Source: Fonticula alba ATCC 38817 | Lineage: Eukaryota > Protista > Nucleariida | Length of the DNA stretch: 64,000 nt | NCBI GenBank assembly: GCA_000388065.2 | Contig: KB932204.1 | Direction: 5' to 3' (one strand) | Shown here: positions 61,164 to 64,000 of the stretch, piece after piece | How positions within the stretch are numbered: the first letter of the stretch is position 1 | How the letters are laid out: every line of letters begins with the position of its first letter | Program-made: the position numbers and the translations under genes | The notes under the pieces: generated by a model | Database searches by the model: none | Told to the model about the DNA's origin: nothing | What the model saw: the letters and a program-made list of their open reading frames with translations, nothing else

Positions 61164-64000
61164 ATGGATCCATCTCTGGCTGCCGCCGCCGCCGCCGCCC
61201 CCCCGGCGTCACCCTCGCTGCGGCTGGTCGTGAATACGCCTACCCCTCCGCGCTCCGCCTCGCCACGTCCATCGCTGGGCTCCCCGACCCGCGATGTGTC
61301 CCCCCCGATGACACCCTACCTGACCAAAAGGATCTCCATCGTCGGTGAGCCCATTCGCCTACGGTTGCCGCCTTCCCCCGTCACCGATCCTCCTCGCGCG
61401 TCTGGTGCGTCTCGTGGCTGTGCCATTTCTCCCTGGCCCTCCTCCTCCCGAAGCATGGCCTGACTTACCGACACTCTTACCGCCTGTGCGCGCCCGCATG
61501 CTCGCCCTCCCTCTCACATCTACCGATCTATGCCTCTCTCTCTCTCTCTCGGTGTGTCCTTCTACGCCCCGTCCCGTGCCACTCCCCCCGCCCCCCTCTC
61601 TTTGGGGTTTCCTCCCCGTGGGTCCCATCATAGCACACTTTCCCCCCATCCAGCCCGGGCGTTCGAGTGAAGACGACGCCGAATCCCTGGTGCTCGAGAG
61701 CTCGTCAAGCTACGACCTTCGCCAGTCGCGCCAGCAGCCGCCCCAGCACGCCCTCTTGTCAGCCGTTTCCTCGGCCTCCCTCCATCCCTACCGCCCGTCT
61801 CTCAAGGCCGCCGTCTTCACCACGCCGTCACGCTACTCCGACGAGGCCCATCCCCCGTCACCCGGTCGGCGCGTCGCTGTTGTGGATTACCACCCCTCGC
61901 TGGGCTCGGCCACGCATCCGCCCTTCTCGCTGCCCGCATCGCCGCGCGTCCAGCAGCAGTACCCCTTCACCTACGCGCCTCCCCCGGCCGAGTTCCCCCT
62001 CTCCGGCGGTCAATTGGACGCCCTCTCGCGTCAGCTTGGCACGCGGCCCCGGTCCATTGTCACCGAAACGACCACCGCCCTGCTTGTGGACCCACGCGAC
62101 TTCCCCGGGTCGACTGGTGGTGCTCTTGCCTCGGGTGCTGCCTTCCCGCCGTCGGTCTACCCGCTGGCCAATCCCCTGCCCCTCCCTCCGGCCCCTGCCG
62201 CCACAACGGCCTTCCGTGACGGGCAGTTTGGATTTCTCCCCCCTGGCGCCATCCCCGGCACCGGCACCGGCCTTTCGGAGCTCCCCTCGCCTGCGCGGCA
62301 ATTTGTCTCGGCTCCCCCGGCTCAACGTCCCAGTGTCGAGGACGCCCCTTGCGAGCACGCCGACTTCGCGCTTTTCTTCCCCTCGCTAGCCGGCGATCGG
62401 ATCATCCTAGGTGCGTGGCTTCGCTGCACTCTTTTTTTTTCCCTTCACCCCACTCCCCCTGCTGCTGTTGCTGCTGCCGCTGCTTCGCAGTGGCCCTCGG
62501 CCATCCTGACATCCGTCTCCCCCTCGCCCTCCCCCTCCCTCCTTCCCCATCACGGCCCGCCTCCTGTTGGTAGATACCCCGGCCACTGTCAGATACCACA
62601 CCCCCATCGAAGGCCGAATCGCCCTCACCCACAACGCCTTCACCTTCCGCGCGCGGCTACACGGCTGGTCATCGGCGGCGGTTTTCCCCTGGGCCCACAT
62701 CCGGTCCATATCCCGGCACGGACGTAGCGGTGTATCCATCACCACCAATCAGGAGAAGGTGCATGCCCGGCACCTGCGGGCCGAGGAGGGGGGCCTGCCC
62801 TGTGTCCCGCTTTCCTTTCTCTTTGAGCCATCCCTGCTTTGAGGTCCCTCGCTCCGGCTGACCGATGTCCCTTCCATCGCGTGGGGCAGTTTGTCTTCTT
62901 CGACATTCCAAACCGATCGCGGCTTTACCTCGAGGCCAAGCGCCTTCGCAAATCCGCCGCCACCACCAGCCCCTTCACCGCTGCCTCTTCGCTGAAGGTT
63001 CTCCAGCCTGGTGAGCCGTATCCGCTCTTTGAGACTCTTTCCCCCCGCGCCGACCTCCTGGGCGCCTCGCTTCCGCCGTCGCCGCTTGCGGTTTCCCCGT
63101 GCGTCGCTGCCCCCTGGACGAGTGGCTTTTGCCAGGGCCCTGCGCTTGGGCCATGGACCTTGTGTCTCCACTCACCGTCCGATCCCCTGACTCTCCCGGT
63201 GTTTCTTCCCCTTTCTCTCGCATGCTCCCTTCCTCTCTGCTGCCCTCGCCTCTTGCGCCGGCTTCGCCCCGACGCCCGCACACCCGCATGTGTGACACTC
63301 CTGTAATAGGGTGAGCCCCACCGCCAAGGCTTCGCATCTCATTGGCTCCCAAGCAGCTGAGTCCCCGACCCCGCTCAACCGGCCTAAGACTGCCAAGCAG
63401 CTTTTCCGCTCGTCCTTCCAGTTCACCAGCTCCAAGTTCCGCCACGCGCGCCACTCGCTCTCTGGACTTGCCACCAGCGCACCCGGTCCATCCTTATCCG
63501 CCGGCACTACCGACACGAGCTTGACCCAGACCACCACCTATACCGCGGTGAGTACCGGACCCATTGCTGTGCCGAGCCCACTCCCCGGCGCTTCTCCGGG
63601 TGCAGCCTCCTCTGCGCCGGCCCTTGTCACCGCAACAGTCTCAGCCACCTCGCCTCGGTCCTTGAACACCCATCCTGCCCATCCCGCTGTCACCTACTCG
63701 CGGCCGATCGTCACGTCCACTGCCACGGCTCCGACTGTCGCCGGGCCCCCCTCGCCGTCACAGCCCCCATTGTTGCTGCCACAGCCGTCGCCGCCACCGC
63801 CACCACCTTTGGCCCTGCCTGTCGAACCGGCACCCTTGGCTTCGCCTCCCTTGTCTCCTGCTCTGCCTCCGATTGTCGCCATGGCTGCCTCCGAATCGGC
63901 GATGCCGCCGGGTGCGGTGGATGCCGCACCGGCCGTCACGCCGAGCGCCGTATCGCCCACCGCCGCGCAGGAGGCCGTGTCCCCAGCTGCCCCGACTTCC
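61164..64000 (+). CDS. GRAM (PH-like) domain protein, Pro/Ser-rich; 3'-partial
   Basis: Spliced DFALFFPSLAGDRIIL-DTPATVRYHTPIEGRIALTHNAFTFRARLHGWSSAAVFPWAHIRSISR...VSITTNQEK-FVFFDIPNRSRLY follows the GRAM pattern (F..F.L..E.LI...QGR.Y....F....FGW....IP...I.SI...I.T..K.FF.SF..RD). The gene runs off the window end. Confidence 0.7.

Overview
GC-rich, intron-rich eukaryotic draft-assembly window with about 12 N-gaps. Intron donors are mostly GTGCGT/GTACGC/GTATGC, with CTGAC/CTAAC branch points and (CT)n/(CA)n/poly-C introns. The style fits a unicellular opisthokont such as Fonticula; this is inference only. About 15 protein-coding genes can be rebuilt by splicing: a USP7/Ubp15-like deubiquitinase, DHCR7, UTP4, an orphan coiled-coil/polyQ protein, a 3.6-kb unspliced ORF with tandem CCHC zinc knuckles, an ABCG5/8-like half transporter, mitochondrial L34, katanin p60, cytochrome b5, CGFS glutaredoxin, DBP9/DDX56, IWS1, a cAMP-receptor/Git3-like 7TM receptor with a very long tail, a front-end fatty-acid desaturase and a partial GRAM-domain gene. 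The most novel object is the ORF at 27434-31075. It carries eight CCHC knuckles whose linkers resemble Ty3/gypsy (PEG10-type) Gag nucleocapsid, with no pol or LTR, so it is a candidate domesticated and amplified Gag-derived gene. Two duplications look like assembly artefacts: an Illumina adapter sits at a repeat junction inside that ORF, and an ABCG exon is duplicated next to a gap. No rRNA, tRNA or CRISPR array was recognised.
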